A DNA stretch of 64,000 nt from Gammaproteobacteria bacterium (GTDB lineage: Bacteria > Pseudomonadota > Gammaproteobacteria > CBDBNL01 > JAAOII01), in the NCBI GenBank assembly GCA_965215225.1, contig OZ244039.1, positions 111,771-175,770 of the forward strand, in the 5' to 3' direction. A model generated the notes under the pieces. That model ran no database searches, was not told the origin of the DNA, and was given only the letters and a program-made list of their open reading frames with translations. Shown here piece after piece: positions 1-9,153 of the stretch. Positions within the stretch are counted from its first letter, which is position 1; each line of letters begins with the position of its first letter. A program made the position numbers and the translations under genes.

Positions 1-3
1 ATT

Positions 4-669
4 ATGTTCAAACAATCGGTTAGGGCATTCTTGTTGTTAATGTCCTTAGCTGTTCCGACTCTTAGGGCTAAGAAGCTCAGGGCTCTTTTTGCTTCGGCTA
101 GTATCATTTTGCTGATTGGCATTGCCAGCCCATCTTTTGCGGACTCGCGCTTACAAGCCTTCCTTAGCCTAGGAAGCGGAGGAAGTCTATTTCAAGATAT
201 AGACTTCGAAGGTAAGTCCGGCGAATTTGATGATAAATCTGGTAGTGGAATCCTTTTTGATTGGACTGTGGACACACCTGACTCCATTCTCACCGGCGGG
301 CTCAGCCGCCACGGGCTTTCAATCGACTACTATGACACCAGCGAACAGGAAGGTGAGGATAGCATTGAGATAACTAGCATTTTTGTCGGCTACCGCTATC
401 ATTTTCTCAAAAGATTCTATGCTGGCGCCAGCATAGCCTTGAATTCGGAAGCAGTGCATAGTGAAGCAGGGCTTGATCCTGCGACTGCCAACGCTAATCC
501 GATCGCCTATACCTTTGGCTATTCATATGGATTCCCCATTGGTCCTACCTTAGGAGTTCATTATATGAATAGTCTTCCTACCGACTATGAGTTTGATGAT
601 CCAACCCGCTCGGACCTTGAAGACCTAACCGTAACAACGATTGGGGTAACTGCTGGCTTGCGCTTTTAA
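4..669 (+). CDS. Putative outer-membrane beta-barrel protein. The real start is probably the internal Met at about nt 40 (signal peptide MSLAVPTLRAKKLRALFASASIILLIGIASPSFA), and the ORF may extend past the window edge.
   Basis: ORF track. N-terminal signal-peptide-like segment ending AFA/SFA-DS. Alternating amphipathic strands. C-terminal ...TAGLRF with a terminal Phe, typical of OMP beta-barrels. Confidence 0.45.
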   Translation: MFKQSVRAFLLLMSLAVPTLRAKKLRALFASASIILLIGIASPSFADSRLQAFLSLGSGGSLFQDIDFEGKSGEFDDKSGSGILFDWTVDTPDSILTGGLSRHGLSIDYYDTSEQEGEDSIEITSIFVGYRYHFLKRFYAGASIALNSEAVHSEAGLDPATANANPIAYTFGYSYGFPIGPTLGVHYMNSLPTDYEFDDPTRSDLEDLTVTTIGVTAGLRF

Positions 670-785
670 GTCTTTATCCTTTAGTCATAGAACATAGCCA
701 CAGAATATAGCCACCTTCTAATTCTCTATTCTCTTCAATCCTCCTTGATTCTTGGTGAATCCCCATTATAAGTGCGCCCATCTTG

Positions 786-970
786 GTGAGATTATATAAT
801 CCTGTCCAACCAAAAGAGCGGTCTCGTGTAAAAGCATTATACCCGTCTTTCAAAGAAAGAACGAGCGGTGATAGAAAGAATGAGGAGAGAAGGAAGGAGT
901 GTGTGCTTTATAGCTCGGCGCTTAGATCCTCCTACCATTAGCCGAGAAACTCAGCGTAATAGCGGTGCAT
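786..970 (+). mobile_element. IS30-family left-end remnant: the palindromic IRL core gggattatataatcc plus the first ~40 codons of the transposase HTH region. Truncated and diverged.
   Basis: Nucleotide similarity to the intact IS30 copy at 3062-4157. The ORF 868-1053 translates to MIERMRREGRSVCFIARRLDPPTISRETQRN, matching the transposase N-terminus (MIEKMRREGKSIRFIARRLDRCPSTISREIQRN). Confidence 0.6.
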
Positions 971-1291
971 CCAACGAATCTACCATAATAGAAATTTTAT
1001 ATCATCCCTATACTTTTTGCTGGGAGTGGCACAAGGGAAATGGGATAGTGTGATTGATTGAGGGATAAGCTGCTTCTTTATCAAATTTTCTATCCAATGT
1101 AACCACCGAAAACAAGAAAAAAAAGAGGCGCCGGTTAGGGCACCTCATTTTTTTATGTCATGCCTATTTGGCAGACTTAGTGAGCACGGTCACAAAAAGA
1201 AGCGTTAGAATAATCGCTTATCCATTAAGCAATGCCGCTCCCATCAACGCAACTTATCTACATTGTTACGATGGCTGTTTTTCTATCCGCT

Positions 1292-1537
1292 TCAATCTTT
1301 GCCGCTGCAGAGTGCTTGTTCAATAATAAAAGCAGCCGCACAAAATGCTAAGTTAACCGGAGTAGGACTTTTTGCTGCAGCAGCACAAACGATTTTACGA
1401 CCCGCCTTTGCTGCGTCACATGCATTTATCTTTATCAAATTATGAACTTCCGCTGCCTTTGGTTCACTTTCCATAGACTTAACAATTGCTTCAAGGACAA
1501 ACAAAGCTTGCTCTTTTTCTTTCTCAGTCATTTCCAT
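1292..1537 (-). CDS. Small Cys-containing helical protein of unknown function (81 aa).
   Basis: ORF with AGAGG Shine-Dalgarno ~8 nt upstream of the ATG. It overlaps and outcompetes the antisense ORF 1263-1445. Ala- and Cys-rich. Confidence 0.4.
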   Translation of the reverse strand: MEMTEKEKEQALFVLEAIVKSMESEPKAAEVHNLIKINACDAAKAGRKIVCAAAAKSPTPVNLAFCAAAFIIEQALCSGKD

Positions 1538-1570
1538 AATGATACCTCTTTATTTAATTGAATAACGAAA

Positions 1571-1596
1571 TAATTAATTAATTAATTAATTAATTA
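1571..1596. repeat. (TAAT)6 tetranucleotide microsatellite in the promoter region of the 1292-1537 gene.
   Basis: Direct reading: taattaattaattaattaattaatta, 34 bp upstream of the start codon at 1537. Confidence 0.9.
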
Positions 1597-1697
1597 TGCA
1601 GATTATAGCAGAAAAAGAGAAAAAAAACTGTATTTAACGAGGACAAAAACAACAAAAAATGCACATTAAATACTCCTAATCAACACTCAATTTCAAC

Positions 1698-1922
1698 CTA
1701 GATTTCTTTATATCTGTCAGGTTGGCCCTTGATGAGCATGAACTTACATTCTTTATATAGGAATCTCAAAGACTTTCCCTTTGCTTTGCCAGCAGAAAAT
1801 ATATCTTCTCCATATACTTCCTTTAATATGCCATTTGGAACGGATATTAGCTTAATAGATGTAATAGCTAGGCTCTTCTCATCATAGACAACACTATCTA
1901 CAATAGTAGAAATTTTAATCAC
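1698..1922 (-). CDS. Hypothetical protein (74 aa), downstream of the disrupted methyltransferase. Possibly a fragment of a former restriction-enzyme gene.
   Basis: ORF track only. No recognisable motif. Confidence 0.25.
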   Translation of the reverse strand: MIKISTIVDSVVYDEKSLAITSIKLISVPNGILKEVYGEDIFSAGKAKGKSLRFLYKECKFMLIKGQPDRYKEI

Positions 1923-1972
1923 GAATTTACATCATAAATGTAACCCGGTTAGATGAGATTGTCCAATCCCAT

Positions 1973-2278
1973 TTAAACATAGCAATAGAAAGCATTGTAA
2001 GTTTCAAATAGCATATCTGCACCTATAGGTGTGGAATTTGGTTTGCCAAACTGATTAAAAAGCCAAAAGTAAATTCTTTCTGCCCCCCGAGAAAAATCAG
2101 AATTTTGTCTTTTATTCTCTTTATAAAAATAATGTCCCCATTCACTCCTAATCTTTTCTTTTGAATGAAGACCTAACAACATCTTCTCTTTTTCTTGTTC
2201 CAACAAGAAATAGATCTCATTAAAATAATGAAATTCCCATTCTTCTATAGATTGTGGATCCAACTCTAGTTCCATCAC
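1973..2278 (-). CDS. Hypothetical protein (101 aa) immediately downstream of, and overlapping the stop of, the methyltransferase pseudogene.
   Basis: ORF track. 4-bp overlap with the upstream MTase ORF, which suggests an operon. No recognisable motif. Confidence 0.3.
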   Translation of the reverse strand: MMELELDPQSIEEWEFHYFNEIYFLLEQEKEKMLLGLHSKEKIRSEWGHYFYKENKRQNSDFSRGAERIYFWLFNQFGKPNSTPIGADMLFETYNAFYCYV

Positions 2279-3061
2279 AGAAGCTTAATCTCCCCTATTA
2301 TTCTTTTCATAATGGGAATGTAGCTTTCTTGAATATCTATCAGGATAGATCTTCGATTTAGCTTTTTAGCTATCAAGCCAGTTGTGCCACTTCCAGCAAA
2401 AGGATCTAGCACCACACCATCTGGTGGACAACATGATTTTATGGCTAGGGTGGGTATGCTATCAGGGAAAACGGCAAAATGTTTATATCCGCTTTTCGCC
2501 GTGGGTGATATGAGTAAGTCGCCAGGATTCTTCCCATTAGGATGGGGTCTAACACATCGGATTTCCTTATATTCTTTAGTCATTTGTTCATCATACTCAT
2601 CACCAAACTTCAATATCCTTTTTAGCTTTACCCAGTCTTTTATATTAGGATAAGAACCTCCACCATCTTTTCTAAACCAATGGGATGAAGTATGTCTGTA
2701 TTTTTCACCTAGAATTTTTAACAAGTCCCCTTTGGTGTAATTATTATCTATAAGAGCCTGTCCTAGAAAATCCGCTATTGTATGTTGAGAAACTTTTATC
2801 CTTCTTGTTTTTATATATTTGTTTTTACTAGTAGCTATTCTACCTGCAGGAGAAGAGCCTATATTTTTAGTTTCATTTGAAAACTTACCATTGTATTTCC
2901 GATTAGCATATTGGGTGGTTCCTTTACTTTTATGAGCTATCCTCACTTCATCTAAATTGAAATTTATTCTTTTTTGCCAAGTATTCTTTGAGAATAAGTA
3001 GATCACTTCATAAGTATTAGAAAACCTATTCTTAACGGCGGATGGCATATGATTAGGCTTA
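2275..3061 (-). pseudogene. C-terminal fragment of a beta-class (CcrM-like) N6-adenine/N4-cytosine DNA methyltransferase, separated from its N-terminal part by an IS30 insertion.
   Basis: The translation carries the motifs KPNHMPSAVKNRFSNTYEVIYLFSKN (compare CcrM [26 protein letters not shown]) and, near the C-terminus, motif I VLDPFAGSGTTGLIAKKLNRRSILIDIQESY. The ORF track entry 2275-3147 runs artefactually into the IS inverted repeat. Confidence 0.75.
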
Positions 3062-4157
3062 GGCAAATTCCCACCATCAGTGCAACACCTCTTTTCTTGG
3101 ATGGGATTATATAATCCCATCCAAGAAAAATTATTACGAGGTGTCACAATGTATAAAAAGCATTATACCCCCCTTTCAAAGAAAGAAAGATATATGATAG
3201 AAAAAATGAGGCGAGAAGGAAAGAGCATACGCTTTATAGCTCGGCGCTTAGATCGTTGTCCTTCTACTATTAGCCGAGAGATCCAGCGCAATCGCGGGAA
3301 GCGCGGCTATCGTCATTTACAAGCGCATCAAAAAAGCCAAGCCCGACAGTTAGAACGTTCTTACTACGAGGTTCTAACGGAACGGATGAAGGAAGAAGTG
3401 CGCTCTTTATTAGAAATCCAATGGAGTCCAGAGCAGATTGTAGAGCGCTGGCGTCTTATAGGGAAGCCCGCTCCTTCTAAAAATACGCTGTATCGGTGGA
3501 TCGCAAAGGATCGTAAAGCAGGCGGTGACCTGCATACTTTGCTTCGCAATAAAGGACGCCATCACGGTCATGATCATAGACGCAAAGCCTATAAACAGTG
3601 TATTCCAGGACGGGTCGGCATCGAAAAGCGTCCCGCCATAGTGGAACAACGCACGCGATTAGGCGACTGGGAAGCCGATACCATGCATGGTGCCAACCAT
3701 AAAGGGTTCTTAGTGACCATAGTGGATCGAGCTTCCCGTTTTACCTTGATGGCCCAGGTGCAACACAAAGACAAGGTCTCAATCGAAAAAGCTATCTCCG
3801 CCATGCTCCAACCCATCGCCGACTGGGTCCATACCATCACTTTCGATAATGGGCGGGAGTTCAGCGACCACCAGAAGATAGCCGAAAAACTCAACTGCGA
3901 TACCTACTTCGCCACGCCTTATCGCAGCTGGGAAAGAGGTACCAATGAAAGTATCAATAAACTCATCCGCGAGTATCTGCCGAAAGGAATGTCCTTGCGA
4001 AATCTACCCAAAGAAATGATAATAAAAATCATGACCCGATTGAACAACCGACCACGAAAGTGCCTCGGCTTCAAAACCCCCGCCGAAGTGTTCCAACAAC
4101 TTAGCGGGATAAACTATAATTTAGAAACAAGTGTTGCATTCTAGATGGGAATCTGCC
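3062..4157 (+). mobile_element. Complete IS30-family insertion sequence (1096 bp) with imperfect ~27-bp terminal IRs (ggcaaattcccaccatcagtgcaacac ... gtgttgcattctagatgggaatctgcc), flanked by a 3-bp TSD 'tta' at 3059-3061 and 4158-4160.
   Basis: The 1.1 kb unit is repeated at 35106-36200 and the boundaries were defined by comparing the two copies. A single ORF encodes a DDE transposase with the IS30-type HTH (IARRLDRCPSTISREIQRN). Confidence 0.85.
3080..4144 (+). CDS. IS30-family DDE transposase. The probable true start is the Met at nt 3149 (MYKKHYTPLSKKERYMIEKMRREGKS...).
   Basis: Similarity to E. coli IS30 InsI (HTH ...STISREVQRNRG; SPEQI; catalytic region with WEADTMHG, FDNGREF, YRSWERGTNE). 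Confidence 0.85.
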   Translation: MQHLFSWMGLYNPIQEKLLRGVTMYKKHYTPLSKKERYMIEKMRREGKSIRFIARRLDRCPSTISREIQRNRGKRGYRHLQAHQKSQARQLERSYYEVLTERMKEEVRSLLEIQWSPEQIVERWRLIGKPAPSKNTLYRWIAKDRKAGGDLHTLLRNKGRHHGHDHRRKAYKQCIPGRVGIEKRPAIVEQRTRLGDWEADTMHGANHKGFLVTIVDRASRFTLMAQVQHKDKVSIEKAISAMLQPIADWVHTITFDNGREFSDHQKIAEKLNCDTYFATPYRSWERGTNESINKLIREYLPKGMSLRNLPKEMIIKIMTRLNNRPRKCLGFKTPAEVFQQLSGINYNLETSVAF

Positions 4158-4599
4158 TTATACCAGATGATTTGGTTTCTTATTATCCATCCATGTTTTT
4201 GCATCTCTATCGCTATTCTTTGAGGTATCATTTGTAAGTTACCATCAATATATAAGTGTCCCCCAGATTCAAAAAGAACGCTCCATCATCTTTTAGTATT
4301 CGCAACATTTTCTTGCCTAAGGAAGATATCTTTCGGACATAGTCATCAGGGCTTCTCTCTAAACCTATTTGGTGTTCAGAATTATAGTCTCGCAAATTCC
4401 AGTAAGGTGGGGAAGTCACTATCACCGCTATAGATTTATCGGGTATCCTTTTCAGAGCCGCTTCAACTTCAGCAATAATCACCAATGGAATAGGATTCTT
4501 AGGCAATTCAATAAGATCCCTGTCATATTCCAGATGATTCAATGGATTATTTTGCAATAATACATTAAAGCTGTTTTCTATACTTCTAAGTTTATACAC
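4158..4599 (-). pseudogene. N-terminal fragment of the same beta-class DNA methyltransferase. It has a catalytic motif IV TSPPY and an additional 1-nt frameshift in a poly-A run at about 4231-4233.
   Basis: ORF 4228-4599: ...SIAVIVTSPPYWNLRDY...GAFFLNLGDTY, then a stop. Continuation in the +1 frame (MIPQRIAIEMQKHGWIIRNQIIWY) is colinear with CcrM [23 protein letters not shown]. After removal of the IS and one TSD copy it joins in-frame to KPNHMPSA on the other side of the IS. Confidence 0.7.
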
Positions 4600-4671
4600 G
4601 CAAGTTTATACACGCAAGAATTAAATATAAAAAGTAAAATGTCATTTTATCTGCACTTTACAAAAGATAAA

Positions 4672-4815
4672 ATTTATTATAAGAAAAATAATGGTGGATT
4701 AACATTTAAACTGCAAATACTAAATTATTGTCTATCCCACTGAGTTGTTGAAACATCTCAGCGGGTATTTTGAATCCGAGGCACTTTCGTGGTCGGTGAT
4801 TCAATCAGTTGAACA
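4672..4815 (-). mobile_element. IS30-family right-end remnant (diverged IRR plus the last ~25 codons of the transposase).
   Basis: ctgagttgttgaaacatctcagcgggtattttgaatccgaggcactttcgtggtcggtgattcaatc matches the 3' end of the intact transposase gene (NNRPRKCLGFKTPAEVFQQLSG) in reverse orientation. Confidence 0.55.
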
Positions 4816-5112
4816 CTCTTCTTATTTCTTGCTTGGTGATGCACTTATGATGTAAATTCACGAGTAACTCTTATATAAAGGAGGAATCATTATGAGCTGG
4901 AAAAATTCACAACCTCAGGAGCTGCCCTTAAGAGCAAACTCGCCGCCTAGATCCGCCTACACTATTTAATCAACGCTCAATTTCAACCTCACCCCATAAA
5001 AACACTTTTATTAGTTAGAATAAACTAATTAATCAAACCTTTCTCCCTATATTAAGGATATAATAAGGTCTGATTAATTTAATATTGACCTACTATTGAG
5101 TAGAATAAGAAG

Positions 5113-5445
5113 ATGAAAAAGTTAATTTTTGGTGGAATATTAGTTCTATCTGTTTCAGTAGCCCATGCTGCTGACTATATTTGGTGCCAAAGCGAACCTC
5201 ATGATAGCAATAAGCGATACTATTCTAAGGTTTTTGCTGGGGATTATCACGACCGGCTCTCCTATCAGATAGCCTTTGAGAACTTTCTTCGTGCCCGTTA
5301 TGTGGATGGCGAGGAGCTATTAACCAGCTTTTGCTTTTCAGCACCCACCTCCAGTGAGGCAAAATCCAAGCGAGATGAGGACGCTGCCTATGCCCGTAGC
5401 GGAATCTTCAATTACGAAGTAGTTTTCCTTGATTGGAAATATTAA
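5113..5445 (+). CDS. Small secreted protein of unknown function (110 aa).
   Basis: ORF with an N-terminal signal peptide MKKLIFGGILVLSVSVAHA-AD. Confidence 0.45.
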   Translation: MKKLIFGGILVLSVSVAHAADYIWCQSEPHDSNKRYYSKVFAGDYHDRLSYQIAFENFLRARYVDGEELLTSFCFSAPTSSEAKSKRDEDAAYARSGIFNYEVVFLDWKY

Positions 5446-5639
5446 GACAAAAGAGGGAAGGTTGGGAGGGATGTAAATATTAAGACAAAAGAGGGGATAC
5501 AGGGAGGGGTATAAAAATCAAGGAGGATTGAAGAGAATAGAAAATTAGAAGGGCAAGTTTCTCCCTTTTTGCTGTATAGTTTCTCAAATGTTGTTAATTA
5601 TTCAAATCTTTCTACGTGAAGTAGTATAATGAACATTGT

Positions 5640-6131
5640 ATGTGGATGTTTGTTTCATTTAAATGGGTTTTGGTCGTTGGGGTGTTGTTGGCGTTTGTTA
5701 CGCTTGCTGTCACCGGCAGGAAATCAGTCAAAGCTGAATTGTTTGTTGCTGCTACACCTGAAGAGGTGTGGCGTGTAATCATCGATGGGTCGGATTACCA
5801 ATCATGGAATCCGCTACTGGTTCCTTTGGAGGGAGATATAGCCCTCGGCAATAAAGTTACTTACGAAATGACCGACAACAAAGGAAATAAAAGTAATATC
5901 TCTGCTCGAGTAAAAGCTTTTGAAACCAATCGATATCTCAACCAATTTGGCGGCATTCCAGGTATTATTACCTTCAACCACGAATATAAACTCGAGCCGC
6001 TCGACGGAGGTACGCGCATTATTCAGCAAGAAGAATACCGCGGGCTGTATGTTTGGTTTTGGGACCCCGAATGGCTTAATGGTGCTTACGCAGATGTTAA
6101 TGAAGCCATTAGCAGAAAAACTGGAGAATAA
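5640..6131 (+). CDS. Membrane-anchored SRPBCC-fold (polyketide cyclase/START-like) protein.
   Basis: N-terminal TM helix, then ~140 aa with the composition and length of an SRPBCC ligand-binding domain (...EEVWRVIIDGSDYQSWNP...). Assignment by pattern, not by search. Confidence 0.4.
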   Translation: MWMFVSFKWVLVVGVLLAFVTLAVTGRKSVKAELFVAATPEEVWRVIIDGSDYQSWNPLLVPLEGDIALGNKVTYEMTDNKGNKSNISARVKAFETNRYLNQFGGIPGIITFNHEYKLEPLDGGTRIIQQEEYRGLYVWFWDPEWLNGAYADVNEAISRKTGE

Positions 6132-6310
6132 ATCGACACACGATTTACCTAAGGAAAGTTTCGGCACAAAACCACCTCGCGGAAGCACTTGATTATTTCA
6201 AGCGCAATACTTCTTGGTTAGTTGTGCTCTACTTGGTTTCCCCCAACTTCTTTTGTTAATTAATCACAACTTTCAGGGAACACAAGGCATCTAGGACAAA
6301 TCATTAAGCT

Positions 6311-7564
6311 TTAAGCCTCGCCACCGATCTTCTTCACCAACACTTTCGCATTACGGCAATAGGAAATGTGTGGCAGAGGCAGTTTCTCCTTAGTATTCAC
6401 AAAGCCCTTTTCGCGAAACCACTCAACTGCTTGGGTGGTCAGCACAATCAGATGGCTATATCCTTGCCCTATGGCAAGATTTTCCATTGAATTCAAGACC
6501 CGACTGCCATAGCCACGACCAGCGTATAGATTCTTGACTACAACACACTCAAGTTCGACATAGCCCCGCTTCCCTTCCACAGGGGACAGGGCGGCGCAAC
6601 CTATGATATTGTCGTCTTGCTTAATGATACGAAAGTCCTTGGTCTTCTTTTGCAACTGCTTTAGGCTGCGCGGTCTCAACAGTCCCTCTTGTTCTAAAGG
6701 CGCAATCAAGTCTTTTATCATCGCCATATCACGGCGCTTTGGTTCTATCAGCTCCTCATAAGAATCGGCATTAATCATCAAGCCATAGCCTTGGGCGGTC
6801 AATAGTTCACTAACCAAGGCGTTTTCTTGATGCGCGGGCAATAGATGAACTCGTGGCGCGCCCATATCACAATAGTGAATCATATCAGCCAAGACGGGAC
6901 GGATGGATGCCTTCGCCCGCTTCATAAAGGATTCCGCCTCCGCGCGCGGAATTGCCTTCTTATAGTCAGCATCTGACAGCCCGGTATGATAAAGAATGAC
7001 CTTATCGGCCGCCAAAGACCTCACCAGTTCTGCTACTAAATTGCGCTCGCTAAGCAGATAGCCGATTCCTTGCTTATCGGCAGCTAGCGGAGTGACAAAC
7101 AAAACATATCCCATATCAAGCAGCTGGATCATGCCATCGGCTGCCACTCTTCTTACTCTGCCGTGATGTTGCATATCTATTCCATCAATAATACCTTGTG
7201 GGCGAGCAAGAATCCAGCTACCTTGAATAAACTTCGGTTTTTGCCCCACCTCATAGCTTGCCCGCGTCGCCAGTCTATTACAATGCCCATAGAGAGCGGC
7301 ATATTTACTAGCCAGGTCATTGAGCTCGGCAGTCTTAAGCGGCTCATTTGGAGCAGCGACAGGTTCGGTAATACAGAGAACACAATGAATACCAAGACTT
7401 TGGCACATAGCCCAATCTTGACCTAGGATCCTGCTGTGCTCTTCTACCTCCTTCCTCACCAAGGCTCCTGACACAACGAAAACAAAGCACTTTCCTCTAT
7501 AGTTGTTAATATAAGGAAGTGCTTGACGAAGCAGAAGTCCCCTTTCTTGCGCGTTATTAGACAT
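6311..7564 (-). CDS. argA: Amino-acid N-acetyltransferase (N-acetylglutamate synthase): N-terminal amino-acid kinase domain plus C-terminal GNAT domain.
   Basis: N-terminus RQALPYINNYRGKCFVFVV...LGIHCVLC matches the ArgA/ArgB start (SVPYINTHRGKTFVIMLGG...LGIRLVVV). 417 aa. C-terminal GNAT segment (...LYAGRGYGSRVLNSMENLA...). Confidence 0.75.
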   Translation of the reverse strand: MSNNAQERGLLLRQALPYINNYRGKCFVFVVSGALVRKEVEEHSRILGQDWAMCQSLGIHCVLCITEPVAAPNEPLKTAELNDLASKYAALYGHCNRLATRASYEVGQKPKFIQGSWILARPQGIIDGIDMQHHGRVRRVAADGMIQLLDMGYVLFVTPLAADKQGIGYLLSERNLVAELVRSLAADKVILYHTGLSDADYKKAIPRAEAESFMKRAKASIRPVLADMIHYCDMGAPRVHLLPAHQENALVSELLTAQGYGLMINADSYEELIEPKRRDMAMIKDLIAPLEQEGLLRPRSLKQLQKKTKDFRIIKQDDNIIGCAALSPVEGKRGYVELECVVVKNLYAGRGYGSRVLNSMENLAIGQGYSHLIVLTTQAVEWFREKGFVNTKEKLPLPHISYCRNAKVLVKKIGGEA

Positions 7565-7612
7565 TTGCTAATTATACAATTAGATAAACTCTAGTTAAAA
7601 GATAGCATTATA

Positions 7613-8278
7613 ATGACATCTCTAATTATGAATCTAATTTTCCTTGGCCCGCCCGGCAGTGGTAAGGGCACTCAGGCTGCAACCCTTTGCAGCGACAAGA
7701 ACCTTGCTCATATAAGCACGGGCGATATGCTGCGCACTGAAATTAAAAGAGGCTCTGCCCTAGGCAAGCAGGTCAAAGAAAAGATTGCGCAGGGAGAGCT
7801 CATTGACGACCAACTAATTATCCAACTAGTCAAAGAGAGGATAAAGCAAAGGGATTGTGAGAAAGGATTTGTCTTGGACGGCGTGCCACGGACGCTTGAA
7901 CAGGCTCAATCTCTGACCGATGAAGCAGTCCCAATAGATCATATTATTGAATTCCAATGTTCGTCTGAGCTATTAACTCAGCGGTTAACCAATCGGCGCG
8001 TCCATCTGGCGTCTGGCCGCATATACAACACACTCTACAACCCTCCCAAACAAGAAGACAAAGACGATATCACTGGCGAGCCGTTAATCCAGCGAGAGGA
8101 CGATAAGGAAGAAACTGTGCACGCTCGTATCCAAGAGTATTACGACAAAACCCAGCCATTGAGAGAGTATTATCATCAGTTGGCGAGTCAGTTGCGATCG
8201 ATAAAATACCATCTCCTTGATGCGTCCTTGCCGGCCAAACAAATCAAGCAAAATCTACTCAGGGCTATCTATAGCTGA
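7613..8278 (+). CDS. adk: Adenylate kinase.
   Basis: P-loop LIFLGPPGSGKGTQA, ...ISTGDMLR..., LID domain, 221 aa. Confidence 0.92.
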   Translation: MTSLIMNLIFLGPPGSGKGTQAATLCSDKNLAHISTGDMLRTEIKRGSALGKQVKEKIAQGELIDDQLIIQLVKERIKQRDCEKGFVLDGVPRTLEQAQSLTDEAVPIDHIIEFQCSSELLTQRLTNRRVHLASGRIYNTLYNPPKQEDKDDITGEPLIQREDDKEETVHARIQEYYDKTQPLREYYHQLASQLRSIKYHLLDASLPAKQIKQNLLRAIYS

Positions 8279-8296
8279 TTTCTCCTTGCTCAGATT

Positions 8297-8989
8297 GTGA
8301 AGAGGATTCTCGCCCTAGATTGCGCAACCAATGCTTGTTCAGTGGCGCTCAATCTAAATGGCGAATACAAGCAGATACTAAAAACCAAAGCCCGCATCCA
8401 CAATCGCATCCTGCTGCCTATGATGGACAGGCTGCTCAGCCAAGCGGGACTGCGGCCAAAAGACTTAGACCTGCTAGTATGTGGAATAGGGCCAGGAGCC
8501 TTTATGGGAGTGCGTATTGCAGTCGCGGCTGCTCAAGGCTTGGCGACAGCCGCCGACTTACCACTCATGCCCATCTCATCCCTTTATGCTCTGGCCCAAC
8601 AAGCCTGGCAAAACCAAGCAAGCAAGCCACTCAAAGGAGGAATTCTTGCCCTGCTAGATGCCCGCCTGAGCCAAGTATATTGGGGTTGCTATGAGGAATA
8701 TGAGGAACATCAAGAAGCCAAAGAGCCTAAACGATTATTAAAAGAGAGAACAGCCCCCCAGCTTGCTTTTCCAACCCAAGTCAAGCCTCCTATAGACATA
8801 GCCTTAGGAATCGGGGAAGGCTGGAGCTACCAAGCCGAGCTGCCTTCCCCATTGAAAGAATTAAAACAAGTAGCTAAGGATGCAATGCCACAGGCTCGTC
8901 ATCTGATTGAAGTGGCGCTCGGTCAAAAACAGCCTCTTATCTATAATCCTCGCCTGCTCAGCCCATTGTATTTGCGTAATCAGGTCTGA
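8297..8989 (+). CDS. tsaB: tRNA threonylcarbamoyladenosine biosynthesis protein TsaB (YeaZ).
   Basis: MKRILALDCATNACSVAL...GIGPGAFMGVRIAVAAAQGLA, typical of the YeaZ/TsaB ASKHA fold. The overlapping ORF 8320-8694 is spurious. Confidence 0.8.
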   Translation: MKRILALDCATNACSVALNLNGEYKQILKTKARIHNRILLPMMDRLLSQAGLRPKDLDLLVCGIGPGAFMGVRIAVAAAQGLATAADLPLMPISSLYALAQQAWQNQASKPLKGGILALLDARLSQVYWGCYEEYEEHQEAKEPKRLLKERTAPQLAFPTQVKPPIDIALGIGEGWSYQAELPSPLKELKQVAKDAMPQARHLIEVALGQKQPLIYNPRLLSPLYLRNQV

Positions 8990-9053
8990 TTTGACAAGAT
9001 ATACAAGGATACCTTGTATTAATATGAAAATAGTTTTATAATATCAGTATAGA

Positions 9054-9127
9054 GGCCGGGATAGCTCAGTTGGTAGAGCAACTGATTCGTAACCAGTAGG
9101 TCAGAGGTTCGATTCCTCTTCTCGGCA
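9054..9127 (+). tRNA. tRNA-Thr (anticodon CGU). No encoded CCA.
   Basis: Manual cloverleaf: acceptor GCCGGGA/TCTCGGC, D-arm GCTC-AGTTGGTA-GAGC, anticodon loop TTCGTAA, T-arm AGAGG-TTCGATT-CCTCT. Close to E. coli thrW-type tRNA-Thr(CGU). Confidence 0.85.
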
Positions 9128-9153
9128 TTGAGTAAATTGTTATAGTATGAATA

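Noticed and set aside
1263-1445. 60-aa plus-strand ORF.
   Set aside because: It overlaps antisense to the better-supported 1292-1537 minus-strand gene, which has an SD sequence, and it has no RBS of its own.
3364-3894. Minus-strand ORFs inside the IS30 transposase gene, and their mirror images at 35369-35899.
   Set aside because: They are antisense to the transposase and are repeated only because the IS is repeated.
8320-8694. 124-aa ORF overlapping tsaB in another frame.
   Set aside because: It is fully nested in a conserved gene. Its Arg/Pro/Ser-rich composition is typical of an off-frame reading of a GC-richer gene.
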